Shown here: positions 17,479 through 25,813 of the stretch, in pieces
How positions within the stretch are numbered: position 1 is the first letter of the stretch
How the letters are laid out: each line of letters opens with the position of its first letter
Assembly: GCA_016187515.1 (NCBI GenBank)
Contig: JACPJN010000006.1
Span: 192,856-256,855 of the forward strand
DNA length: 64,000 bases
Direction of reading: 5' to 3'
Source of the DNA: Candidatus Uhrbacteria bacterium
GTDB lineage: Bacteria; Patescibacteriota; Patescibacteriia; GWA2-47-26
Translations under genes and position numbers: made by a program
The notes under the pieces: model-generated
Seen by the model: only the letters and a program-made list of their open reading frames with translations
Databases searched by the model: none
What the model was told of the DNA's origin: nothing

Positions 17479-19253
17479 AGTACCGACCCTATTTTTCCGG
17501 ACGCGTACTCGACAAAGAGCTGCGTACTTTATTTGAAGAAAAGGGTAAACTTCCGGATATGTCCCATCTTGAACGTAAGCGCCATCGGCGCGTCATCCGC
17601 CTCCTGACGGGATTGGTCATTTTTTTTGCGCTGCTGACGGGCGCCTCTTGGGCCGGATTTTTCCTGTTCGGACCGCGCGGAAGCGGCGGAGAAGCCGCGC
17701 TCGAATTTAAGGGTCCGGAGGCGGTGGTCGCCGGAGTTCCGGTTGATCTTAAAGTCCATTACAAAAATCTGGACCGCGACCCGCTGGCTTTTGCCAATCT
17801 GGCCCTGCGGACTCCGGAACAGCTGTTTATCGAGCGTACCGAACCCGCGCCGACTAAAGATCGGCTGCGCTGGGAATTTGGAACGCTAAATCCGCGCTAT
17901 TCCGGAGCAATAAACCTGCGGGTTATCCCCTATGGAATTCAGGAAGAGCGCGTTGAGCTTACCGGCGTACTTTCTTACAAACCCGCCAACTTTAACGCGG
18001 AATTTCAAACTTCCGCCGCGCATATCTTCACGATCCGAGCCATCCCGCTTAATATCGCCTTGGATGGGCCAACCGCGGCCTCCCCGGGACAGCCGGCAAA
18101 ATTTGAAATTAAAGTCCGCAACCATACTGATGAAACGCTTACGGGACTGCGCGCGACGCTCTTATCTCCGGCCGCGTTTCTAATCGCCCCGTCAAAAGAA
18201 GAATCCGGGGCCGGTACTTTGGAGCTCGGCGCTCTTGAAGCGGGCCAGGAAAAAGAGTTTTCTTTTGAGGGAACTTTCCTGAATAACGCGCAAGGGCCCC
18301 AGGAATTTACCTTACGGTTGGAAATCAAACGCCAAGACGCGCTTTTCCCGGTTGGCGAGCTTAAACATACGGTTGAACTAGCCGCTTTACCGTTACAGCT
18401 GGAAACGCTGATCAATGAGACGCCGGATCTGGGGTGGATCCGCCTTAATCAGCCCATGCACCTGCGCGTAACTTTGAAAAACTCGGACAAAGATCCGCTA
18501 AAAGAAGGCCGGATCAAGGTGGCCGTCTCCGGGGACGTTATCGAATGGAAGCAGGCCCAAGCCGAAGACGGCAGTATCAGCCAGGACTCCCAAACCATTA
18601 CCTTCCCTCCGGCCGGATCGCTCAACTTCTTACCCGGCGAGGTCTATGAATTTAAAGCCCTGCTCCCGTTAAAACCGCAATCGACCCGCACGGCTTCGCC
18701 TTTTATCGAGATCGCGACCGACTTAAACTACGGATCAACGGTAATAAAGACCCCGGCGAAAAAAATTACTGTGGCTTCCGACCTGGCCATCTTGGGCGAA
18801 GCCCGCTACTTTAGCGGAGACGGAAAACCCGCCGGTTCCGGACCGCTGCCGCCAAAAGTCGGCGAGGAAACCCGGTATGAACTTCGGTTCCGGCTGAAAA
18901 ATACCTTCCACGATCTTGATCGTTTGGCAGTTTCCGCGCGACTCCCGGAGGGAGCGCGCTTCATCGCCCCGGCCGCCGTACAGTCCGGACGGCTGCGCTT
19001 TGAAGAATCCTCTCGCGAGATCCGTTGGGAAATTCCCCGCCTGCCGGTGACCACCCCGGAACTTACCGCCGGATTTAGCGTGGGGGTTACTCCAACCGAG
19101 CAAGATCGCGGTAGGATAATTCCGCTTTTGGGAGTAATCCGCGCCGAGGCGCTCGACAGCATTTCCCAAGTTAATTTTTCCGCCGACGCTCCGCCGGTTT
19201 CCTCGCTCCTTGAGGCCGACCCTTTTGGAAGTGGCAAAGGCGTGGTACAATGA
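17475..19253 (+). CDS. hypothetical membrane-anchored protein with repeated beta-rich (CARDB/DUF11-like) segments
   Basis: ATGA overlap with the upstream gene. It has an N-terminal TM helix followed by repeated G-x-x-x-F/Y-x-V motif blocks. Confidence 0.5.
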   Translation: MKYRPYFSGRVLDKELRTLFEEKGKLPDMSHLERKRHRRVIRLLTGLVIFFALLTGASWAGFFLFGPRGSGGEAALEFKGPEAVVAGVPVDLKVHYKNLDRDPLAFANLALRTPEQLFIERTEPAPTKDRLRWEFGTLNPRYSGAINLRVIPYGIQEERVELTGVLSYKPANFNAEFQTSAAHIFTIRAIPLNIALDGPTAASPGQPAKFEIKVRNHTDETLTGLRATLLSPAAFLIAPSKEESGAGTLELGALEAGQEKEFSFEGTFLNNAQGPQEFTLRLEIKRQDALFPVGELKHTVELAALPLQLETLINETPDLGWIRLNQPMHLRVTLKNSDKDPLKEGRIKVAVSGDVIEWKQAQAEDGSISQDSQTITFPPAGSLNFLPGEVYEFKALLPLKPQSTRTASPFIEIATDLNYGSTVIKTPAKKITVASDLAILGEARYFSGDGKPAGSGPLPPKVGEETRYELRFRLKNTFHDLDRLAVSARLPEGARFIAPAAVQSGRLRFEESSREIRWEIPRLPVTTPELTAGFSVGVTPTEQDRGRIIPLLGVIRAEALDSISQVNFSADAPPVSSLLEADPFGSGKGVVQ

Positions 19254-19364
19254 TCGTCCGGAATCAGGAAGTATGAATCAGAAAGTATGGGTTGAGTTGG
19301 TTGAAATGACGATCAAAGGCCCTAATTCGTAATTCATCATTCATAATTCGTTCAAACAAAAGCT

Positions 19365-21770
19365 ATGCCGACGCCAAAGACAAAACGAACTTCTAAAAAA
19401 CCGTCATCAACAACCGCGGCGGCCGTTACCGCGTCAAGCGCGCTCTGGCACTATGAGCACCAGCCGGAAACCTACCAGCCGGAAGCCGGCGATCCTGCCG
19501 ACAACCGCGCTCAAAGCGTCCCCATCAGCCCGACTGTAAATCACCAAACCCCGGATCGCTTATCAAAATCCTCAATCTGGCTTAAACTGCAGGCCCTGGC
19601 GATCTTCCTTTTTCCTTTCCTGGTCTGGCCCGGGAGCAGCTCGCCTTTGGAATTTTCCAAACAAACCTACCTGGCCATCCTGGTGGGGTTTACCCTGCTT
19701 GCGGTCCTAATTGACTCTTGGAAAAAACAATCCTTTAGCATCCTGGTCCGCCATCCGTTTTTATTTACCGGATTTACGGTTCTGGTCCTGGCCGCGGTCA
19801 GCGCGTCCCGTTCCGGACTGGCCGCGCTGGGAGTATGGGGATACGGCGGGACCGAATCGCTCTCGCTTATTTCTCTCGGACTGCTCGGACTTTGGACCCT
19901 GCTTATCTTTCATACCGCGCGCCGGTCAAAACGGCTGATCGTAAACGCGCTGATCGCTTCCGGCAGTATCTTGAGTTTAGTTACGCTGCTTGCTCTGCTG
20001 GGTCTGAATCTCTACCGCTTCATGCCCACATCCGGATTTAATCCGGCCGGAACCACTACCGCGGCTCTGTTAGTCGGCCTTGGCGCGCTGATTTTAGCCC
20101 TGGGTCTATGGCTAAACCGCCAATCGAAAAAATCCGCCATTATCTACGCGCTGGCGATAGTTCCGCCGCTGATCTTGCTTTTGGGCAGCGGATTCCGCGC
20201 GCCGCTTATCGCCGCCGCCTCCGGCTTGCTGGTGCTACTGATCATCCAGGCGCGCGCGGGAGTCAAATCCCCGGCCCGGCTCACGGTCCTGCTTCTTGGC
20301 CTGATTATCGCCGTGGTTCTGGCGATTTGGCCATTGACTGCTTTCCTGCCCACCCCCTTGGAAATCGGGCCATCTCACCCTGAAACTTTGTCCATCGCCA
20401 AACAAGCACTTGCTGTCCATCCCATACTGGGATCCGGGCCCGCCAGCTTTTCCGCGAATTACTTGCAGTTCCGCTCGTTACCGATTCTTCAAACCCCTTT
20501 CTGGAATGTCTCCTTTGATTGGGGTTCTTCGGCAATCTTGACGGCGCTTACCAACCTGGGCCTCCTGGGCGGCGGACTGCTCGTCATCTCCCTCCTTGCA
20601 GTGCTGATTTGGCACGGAGCCAAATTCTTCCTTGATAAATCCGGAGCCAGACCCGCGGATTATTCCGGAGCGCTGCTGGCCTCCGGAGCGGCCCTGCTTA
20701 CGGCCTTCGCGCTTTCGCCAATGTTATTTGCTCCGCAATTCTTCTTGGCCACGATCTTGGGGCTCATGCTTTCAATTTCCGCGCGTCCATTCAGCATCGC
20801 TCCCCCAAAGGCCGCCGCTTCAATTATAATGCCCGCCGTGGGAGCAATTGCCATCTTACTTATCGTTGGACTTTTTATCGGCCAGGGTCGGCGGGTTTTC
20901 GCCGAGGCGTTGGCGGTCCAGGGCGTGCGCCTCGCCCAAGAAAACCCGGCCGAAGCCCAGCTGAAAATTGCTCGCGCGCTTCGCCTGGACCGGCGGAATG
21001 ATTCTTATCTGCGGATGCTTACTGAACTGCAAAGGAGTATTCTAAACCAAAAATTAAACGCGGCCTCTGCCAGTCCGGACCAGCAAAACCTCGTTTCCGA
21101 AATTCGCGCGATCGCCGACGGAGCGCTGCAGACCGCTGAAGCCGGAACCGAGTTGGCTCCGCGCAATGTCTTAAACTGGGCAACGCTTGGCAACGTTTAT
21201 CTGGAGATCAGTCCGATTACCAGCGGGGCCTCCGCGGCCGCCGCAGCGGCCTTTGCCAAAGCGCTGGAGCTCTCCCCCGCTGATCCGTCACTGCTCGTCA
21301 ATCTGGGTATCGCGCGCGCGCTGGAGGCGCGCGCCGCGCCGGATTCGGAAAAACAAAAAAACGAGGAAGAGGCGACCAAGTCGCTACTTCGGGCCGCGGA
21401 GATCCGTCCGAACTTCCCGTTCGCGCATCTTGAACTGGCGCGGCTTTACGCGTCTTTGAATAAGACCGACGAAGCGATCACGGCCTATCGTAACGCGGAG
21501 ACCCTCGTCCCCCAAGACGCCGCGCTGCGCTATGAAGTCGGGTTATTCTTGCTGCAAAAAGATCGCCAAGACGAGGCGCGCGCGCAACTGGAGGCCGCTA
21601 TCGCGATTTCCGCCAATTTCTCCAACGCCCGCTGGTTTCTGGCGCAAATTCTGGAAGAGGAAGAAGATCTAAGCGGCGCGCTGGAACAAATCCGAAAAGT
21701 CCTTGAACTCAATCCGGAAAACGAACAAGCCAAAGACCGGCTAGTAAAACTCCAGGAGAAGATAAAATAA
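19365..21770 (+). CDS. O-antigen ligase (Wzy_C)-like polytopic membrane protein with C-terminal TPR repeats
   Basis: About 12 TM segments, then TPR-like repeats (YRNAETLVPQDAALRYEVGLFLLQ...). Confidence 0.6.
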   Translation: MPTPKTKRTSKKPSSTTAAAVTASSALWHYEHQPETYQPEAGDPADNRAQSVPISPTVNHQTPDRLSKSSIWLKLQALAIFLFPFLVWPGSSSPLEFSKQTYLAILVGFTLLAVLIDSWKKQSFSILVRHPFLFTGFTVLVLAAVSASRSGLAALGVWGYGGTESLSLISLGLLGLWTLLIFHTARRSKRLIVNALIASGSILSLVTLLALLGLNLYRFMPTSGFNPAGTTTAALLVGLGALILALGLWLNRQSKKSAIIYALAIVPPLILLLGSGFRAPLIAAASGLLVLLIIQARAGVKSPARLTVLLLGLIIAVVLAIWPLTAFLPTPLEIGPSHPETLSIAKQALAVHPILGSGPASFSANYLQFRSLPILQTPFWNVSFDWGSSAILTALTNLGLLGGGLLVISLLAVLIWHGAKFFLDKSGARPADYSGALLASGAALLTAFALSPMLFAPQFFLATILGLMLSISARPFSIAPPKAAASIIMPAVGAIAILLIVGLFIGQGRRVFAEALAVQGVRLAQENPAEAQLKIARALRLDRRNDSYLRMLTELQRSILNQKLNAASASPDQQNLVSEIRAIADGALQTAEAGTELAPRNVLNWATLGNVYLEISPITSGASAAAAAAFAKALELSPADPSLLVNLGIARALEARAAPDSEKQKNEEEATKSLLRAAEIRPNFPFAHLELARLYASLNKTDEAITAYRNAETLVPQDAALRYEVGLFLLQKDRQDEARAQLEAAIAISANFSNARWFLAQILEEEEDLSGALEQIRKVLELNPENEQAKDRLVKLQEKIK

Positions 21771-21793
21771 GATATTGGGAATTGAGGATTAGG

Positions 21794-21826
21794 AAACGGC
21801 TCACCCGGCCGGGTGAGCCGTTTTTC
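21794..21826 (+). terminator. rho-independent terminator
   Basis: A perfect 24-nt palindrome cggctcacccggccgggtgagccg is followed by ttttt. Confidence 0.6.
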
Positions 21827-21909
21827 AGTTTTGGCGGCAAATTCTTTGAAAATAAGGAAGAGGGCCTCACACGTAAGTATGAAAGCCCTCAATGGACGAA
21901 CCCTGGGAC

Positions 21910-22365
21910 TCATCGTCGGATTGCAATGAGCGATGCGCCGATGATAGCGAGTACCACGCCCAGAAACGACCAACCGTCGGTCTTCACAGAATTGAAATAG
22001 TTGGGTGCCCACCGCGACAGCAAGGCAGCGACGAGGAACACTCCAACGCTTGCTACATTGGCAATCGCGACTGGCAAACCGGGATTCGGAGCACCGGCTA
22101 CCGCACGGAATAGCAGAATGTTAGCGATTGCTCCGATGGTGAGACCGATCAGCAGTATTGCCAGCACAAGTTTCCCGGAGGGCACGATTGTGCTCAACGA
22201 CGAACCCCCGAAAAGCACGGACGTGATAGCAATTCCTAAGAAATACCAAATCAGAAACACATCTGGTTTAATCTGATAGTTCCGGTCGAAAAATCCGATG
22301 GCGAGCCACGCGGGTACGAGACACAACATGGCAACCACAGATTGTCCAAGCCAATTTCCGCTCAT
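21910..22365 (-). CDS. hypothetical membrane protein (about 4 TM)
   Basis: A 151-aa hydrophobic ORF. Local GC is higher than in neighbouring housekeeping genes. Confidence 0.5.
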   Translation of the reverse strand: MSGNWLGQSVVAMLCLVPAWLAIGFFDRNYQIKPDVFLIWYFLGIAITSVLFGGSSLSTIVPSGKLVLAILLIGLTIGAIANILLFRAVAGAPNPGLPVAIANVASVGVFLVAALLSRWAPNYFNSVKTDGWSFLGVVLAIIGASLIAIRR

Positions 22366-22646
22366 TATGGTAGCCCTCCTTTCAAGGTACAGTTTGATTC
22401 CACTTGGGCACGGTACCCAAGTTTACTCACAATGTAGCATAACTCATCCAATACGTCAATGAGCGGCGCATTGCCGCTCATTGAAAGAAATCAATATAAA
22501 AAAATTTCTTTTCCTAAAGTATGGTTCAAGCCGATATTTTTCGCCAGGTTCTTTGGTAGTTTTTATCGGTGCGGCTCCACCGCCTTCCCAAATTTTCGCG
22601 GGGGGGATTTTTTCGGAAAAATGCGTTCGGACTAATTCAAGAATAC

Positions 22647-22692
22647 TGCTCCCAGTAGGAATCGAACCTACATCCTAGGATCCGGAATCCTA
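22647..22692 (-). pseudogene. tRNA-Arg(CCG) 3' fragment (anticodon arm, T-arm and acceptor 3' strand only)
   Basis: The reverse complement reads TAGGA-TTCCGGA-TCCTA GGAT GTAGG-TTCGATT-CCTAC TGGGAGCA. No matching 5' acceptor strand is present. Its sequence differs from the intact tRNA-Arg at 23483-23554. Confidence 0.5.
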
Positions 22693-22713
22693 CTTTATGC
22701 CTTGATGCTCTTA

Positions 22714-22748
22714 TACTCATTTTAGGTGCGATCGCAAATAAATGAGTA
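22714..22748. repeat. 35-nt hairpin repeat, copy 1 (tactcattttaggtgcgatcgcaaataaatgagta)
   Basis: A perfect 9-bp stem tactcattt/aaatgagta with an internal gcgatcgc palindrome. Identical copies lie at 38495-38529 and 39188-39222. Confidence 0.6.
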
Positions 22749-22877
22749 TGGCATAAACCAAGGAAAAGGAATTGGGGTGTAAGAATTCCAAAGGAGAACG
22801 CCATGATTTTAGAAAAAACGAGAGCCCCGAGCGGAAATGAATTCCACAAGGGGCTCGTGATGGGAACCGCGCTCCTG

Positions 22878-23285
22878 TCACATGAACAGGTGAACGATCC
22901 ATCCGAAAAAAAGAGCGAGCGACGGCTTCACAACGGACATCGCGGTTCCTTCCGCGATTTTCTCGCCGAAGCTCTTTTCTTCTTTCTTGCAGTCGTGCAT
23001 ATGGTAGGTGAGGTATCTCACCACCATGGCGATGCCGATTGCCGGAACGATGTGCAGCGCGGACGCGCCGAAGGTCGGAACCACGAACCAACCCCACAGC
23101 ACGCTCAAGGCGTAGCCGTTGAAGATGGAGCTGAAGAACATCAGGACCCCGATCCCGACGATACTGCCGAGAACAGCCTTTGCAGTCATGTTTACCTCCT
23201 CAAGGTACTGAATTACCACGATTCCCTCGTGGCGAGGCGTACCGGATTCCATGGCTCTTGCCAGTATTCCGATGCCGTTAAGCAT
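22878..23285 (-). CDS. hypothetical membrane protein (3-4 TM)
   Basis: A 135-aa ORF lying between the two tRNA-Arg-derived direct repeats. Confidence 0.5.
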   Translation of the reverse strand: MLNGIGILARAMESGTPRHEGIVVIQYLEEVNMTAKAVLGSIVGIGVLMFFSSIFNGYALSVLWGWFVVPTFGASALHIVPAIGIAMVVRYLTYHMHDCKKEEKSFGEKIAEGTAMSVVKPSLALFFGWIVHLFM

Positions 23286-23382
23286 AGCATATTACGGGTT
23301 GTATGTCAAGCCCAAAACAAAAACCAGCATTTCTGCTGTTTTATGACCTAAATCTTATGAATTCAATACCGCACCATTCCAT

Positions 23383-23399
23383 TGCTCCCAGTAGGAATC
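23383..23399 (-). repeat. Second copy of the tRNA-fragment 3' end (tgctcccagtaggaatc)
   Basis: A 17-nt exact direct repeat of 22647-22663. Confidence 0.4.
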
Positions 23400-23482
23400 T
23401 CCGCCCGAGGCGCCCGCCCGCCTTGGGAGGGGATGCGCCTTTGGCGCAGAACCGCCCAGGATCCGCCCCGCGCTTTTTCTTT

Positions 23483-23554
23483 GCGCCCACGAGGAATTGA
23501 ACCTCGATCACAGGTTCCGGAAACCTGTACTTTATCCATTAAGCTATGGGCGCA
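23483..23554 (-). tRNA. tRNA-Arg with anticodon CCG
   Basis: The reverse complement reads GCGCCCA-TA-GCTT-AATGGATA-AAGT-A-CAGGT-TTCCGGA-ACCTG-TGAT-CGAGG-TTCAATT-CCTCG-TGGGCGC-A. Confidence 0.8.
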
Positions 23555-23634
23555 CAGGAAAGGTGCGGGGTATCCATTGTCCGCCGGAGGCGGATCAGCC
23601 TTTGGCTGAAACTATAGGAGCATGCCGATGACAA

Positions 23635-24672
23635 CTAAAAAATGTTTCTTCCAAGCCGATATACCATATACCAAAACTGGCTCAAGGGCAAGTCAAAAGT
23701 GCCGGGGTAGTTCACGACCTTGCCGCCGAATCCCATTTTGAACCGCGTCATGCCAGACCAATCGCGCACACCCTCACCCCCGCCCTCTCCCATCGAGGGA
23801 GAGGGAGAGTGAATGCCCCAGAAATCGTAAAACTTGTACCCTTCTTTTTTCACCTCCTGCATAATTTGCCAATGCAAAGCATACGGTCCCATCAATGCGC
23901 GATGTGCGTAGGAGGAGGCGCCGTGCAAATACGTGGCCGTGTCGCCAAAATATCCTACCATCGCCGCGGCAAGAGGAGTGGAGTCGGAGTAGGCGATGTG
24001 GAGGCGCATATGCATGCGATTGGATATTGGAGATTGGATATTGGATATTTGTTCCGAATCTCGAATCTCTAATCTCGAATCTCCCAGTATCTCCAGTATC
24101 TTCTCATAATACCCCCGCTCATGCGTCCGAAACTTATCGCGCTTCGCGGTTTCTTCAAGCAGCTTCCAAAATTTTTCAAAGTCATCTCGAATCTCTAATC
24201 TCGAATCTCTAATCTCGACGCCTCGCCGCAAGGCGAGACGTATGTTGTATCGCGTCTTTTCATGCATCGCAGCAAGCAGTTCTTCTTCGGATTGCGCAAG
24301 ATCAATGAGCAGCGTCTGCATGGGACTTACCGACTTTGTAGGACGGAGGACGGAGGACGGAGGACGGAGTTTTTGCAGTGGTTCCATACGCACAAATATC
24401 GCTCCATGTTTTTTTGCTTTTTCTATAATTCCATCGATTAGCGTCCCGCGCGGAATAAACCAATACTTCTTACCAAACGGCAGCGGCAGCTCAATCACTT
24501 GCGCCGCACTGTGAACTGCTGACTGTGAACTATTGACTAATCTGTACACTTGCCGTCCTACAGATTCCTGAAACTCCCCCCACTCCCACGACTGCAAAAA
24601 AATTCCCGCTTGGCTTGGCCTGGAAAGTAGGGATCCGTTCCAAATTTTTGGATCATTGGCCTCAACTAACAT
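23635..24672 (-). CDS. FemAB-family peptidoglycan interpeptide-bridge aminoacyltransferase
   Basis: FemAB-like segments KTRYNIRLALRRG, YLHGASSYAHR and YDFWGI. It is riddled with simple-repeat insertions (RLEIRD twice, DGGRS etc.). I place the start at MLVEAN. Confidence 0.6.
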   Translation of the reverse strand: MLVEANDPKIWNGSLLSRPSQAGIFLQSWEWGEFQESVGRQVYRLVNSSQSAVHSAAQVIELPLPFGKKYWFIPRGTLIDGIIEKAKKHGAIFVRMEPLQKLRPPSSVLRPTKSVSPMQTLLIDLAQSEEELLAAMHEKTRYNIRLALRRGVEIRDSRLEIRDDFEKFWKLLEETAKRDKFRTHERGYYEKILEILGDSRLEIRDSEQISNIQSPISNRMHMRLHIAYSDSTPLAAAMVGYFGDTATYLHGASSYAHRALMGPYALHWQIMQEVKKEGYKFYDFWGIHSPSPSMGEGGGEGVRDWSGMTRFKMGFGGKVVNYPGTFDLPLSQFWYMVYRLGRNIF

Positions 24673-24676
24673 ATAA

Positions 24677-24907
24677 TCACATATTTTCCAACAGTTCAAA
24701 ATATCTATCCCTACTCATCCTTGCAGTCCGCAAACAGTTCTTAATAATGAAAACAGGGATCTCGTCATAGGTCGGGATTACCACCGGCCTTAAGATCCCT
24801 AGTTTGGTAAGCACAATATGGCTTCCTTCTTGGCGCACTATGGTAAATCCATCCTGCTCAAAAACACGCACAAGTTTTTTGTAATGCAATGCAACAATCT
24901 TCGGCAC
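24677..24907 (-). CDS. hicA: HicA-family mRNA interferase toxin
   Basis: KKLVRVFEQDGFTIVRQEGSHIVL....IPTY.DEIPVFIIKNCLRTARM matches the HicA/YcfA consensus. Confidence 0.6.
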   Translation of the reverse strand: MPKIVALHYKKLVRVFEQDGFTIVRQEGSHIVLTKLGILRPVVIPTYDEIPVFIIKNCLRTARMSRDRYFELLENM

Positions 24908-24919
24908 ACTGCTTGCAGA

Positions 24920-25222
24920 TTATGAAACCGCAACACTCATCTTCTCAATCGCAAGTATCTCCGGAGCTCGCCATCCTTCCACACTGCGCACATAGCCGGA
25001 CTCCTCAAGAATATCGCGGAGCGTTCCCATGCGTTCAGCTTCATCAACAAAAAGTCCCATCGCTTCGCGCAGATTCTTACGTGCCTCATCAATGGTATTT
25101 CCCATGCTTGAAACGTCTAATTCCGGCGCCCAAGCCACAAAATGTCCGCCATCCCTCCATATTTCAGTGGTGAAATTAATTGCCGCATTCATATTATCGT
25201 ATTTTACCATCACCTTTTCCAA
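24920..25222 (-). CDS. hicB: HicB-family antitoxin
   Basis: The HicB N-domain pattern reads Y...E.W..DGGHFVAWAPELDVSSMGNTIDEARKNLREAM. It lies immediately upstream of hicA with a 12-nt gap. Confidence 0.6.
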   Translation of the reverse strand: MEKVMVKYDNMNAAINFTTEIWRDGGHFVAWAPELDVSSMGNTIDEARKNLREAMGLFVDEAERMGTLRDILEESGYVRSVEGWRAPEILAIEKMSVAVS

Positions 25223-25230
25223 ATGTCAAA

Positions 25231-25785
25231 CTAGCGTTTCCCCAAGATCTTGAGCGCGGCTTTGATTTTGTCCTCTGTACTTTCCGCCTCACCCACAGAT
25301 TGCAACGCTTCGCTGGCCTCGCGCTGAGAATATCCTAAGCGACGAAGTGCGTCAATGGCTTCTTCGGTGAACTGTGAACTGATGTCTGATGTCTCAATCG
25401 TTCCTTTGAGCTCCAGCACGATTTTTTGCGCGGTTTTCTTGCCAACTCCGGATACGGTGGAGAGCAATCCCGCGTCTCCCCGTGAGATAGCGTCCCGCAC
25501 TCGCTCCGCCCCGAGCGACAGTACATGCAAACCCATCCGCGGACCAACGCCCGAGACCCGCATTAAATCATCAAACAGCGCGTGCTCTTGCCGCGTTAAA
25601 AATCCAAACAACTCGCGCTTGTCATCGCGAATATATTCATGTGTGTAAAGCTCAACTTCTTGTCCGACCTTCAACCGCTCCGCCGCGGGAGCCGGCATAA
25701 ACACTTCATAACCCACATTATCAATCACGACGACAGCTCCGTCTTTTTGCAAAAATTTCACTTGGCCCTTGAGATAAGAGATCAT
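25231..25785 (-). CDS. ruvA: Holliday junction branch-migration complex subunit RuvA
   Basis: MISYLKGQV...LTRQEHALFDDLMRVSGVGPRMGLHVLS gives the HhH motifs. The protein is 184 aa. Confidence 0.8.
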   Translation of the reverse strand: MISYLKGQVKFLQKDGAVVVIDNVGYEVFMPAPAAERLKVGQEVELYTHEYIRDDKRELFGFLTRQEHALFDDLMRVSGVGPRMGLHVLSLGAERVRDAISRGDAGLLSTVSGVGKKTAQKIVLELKGTIETSDISSQFTEEAIDALRRLGYSQREASEALQSVGEAESTEDKIKAALKILGKR

Positions 25786-25813
25786 AAAGCGGTCACCTAC
25801 AAATTAGATTGTA

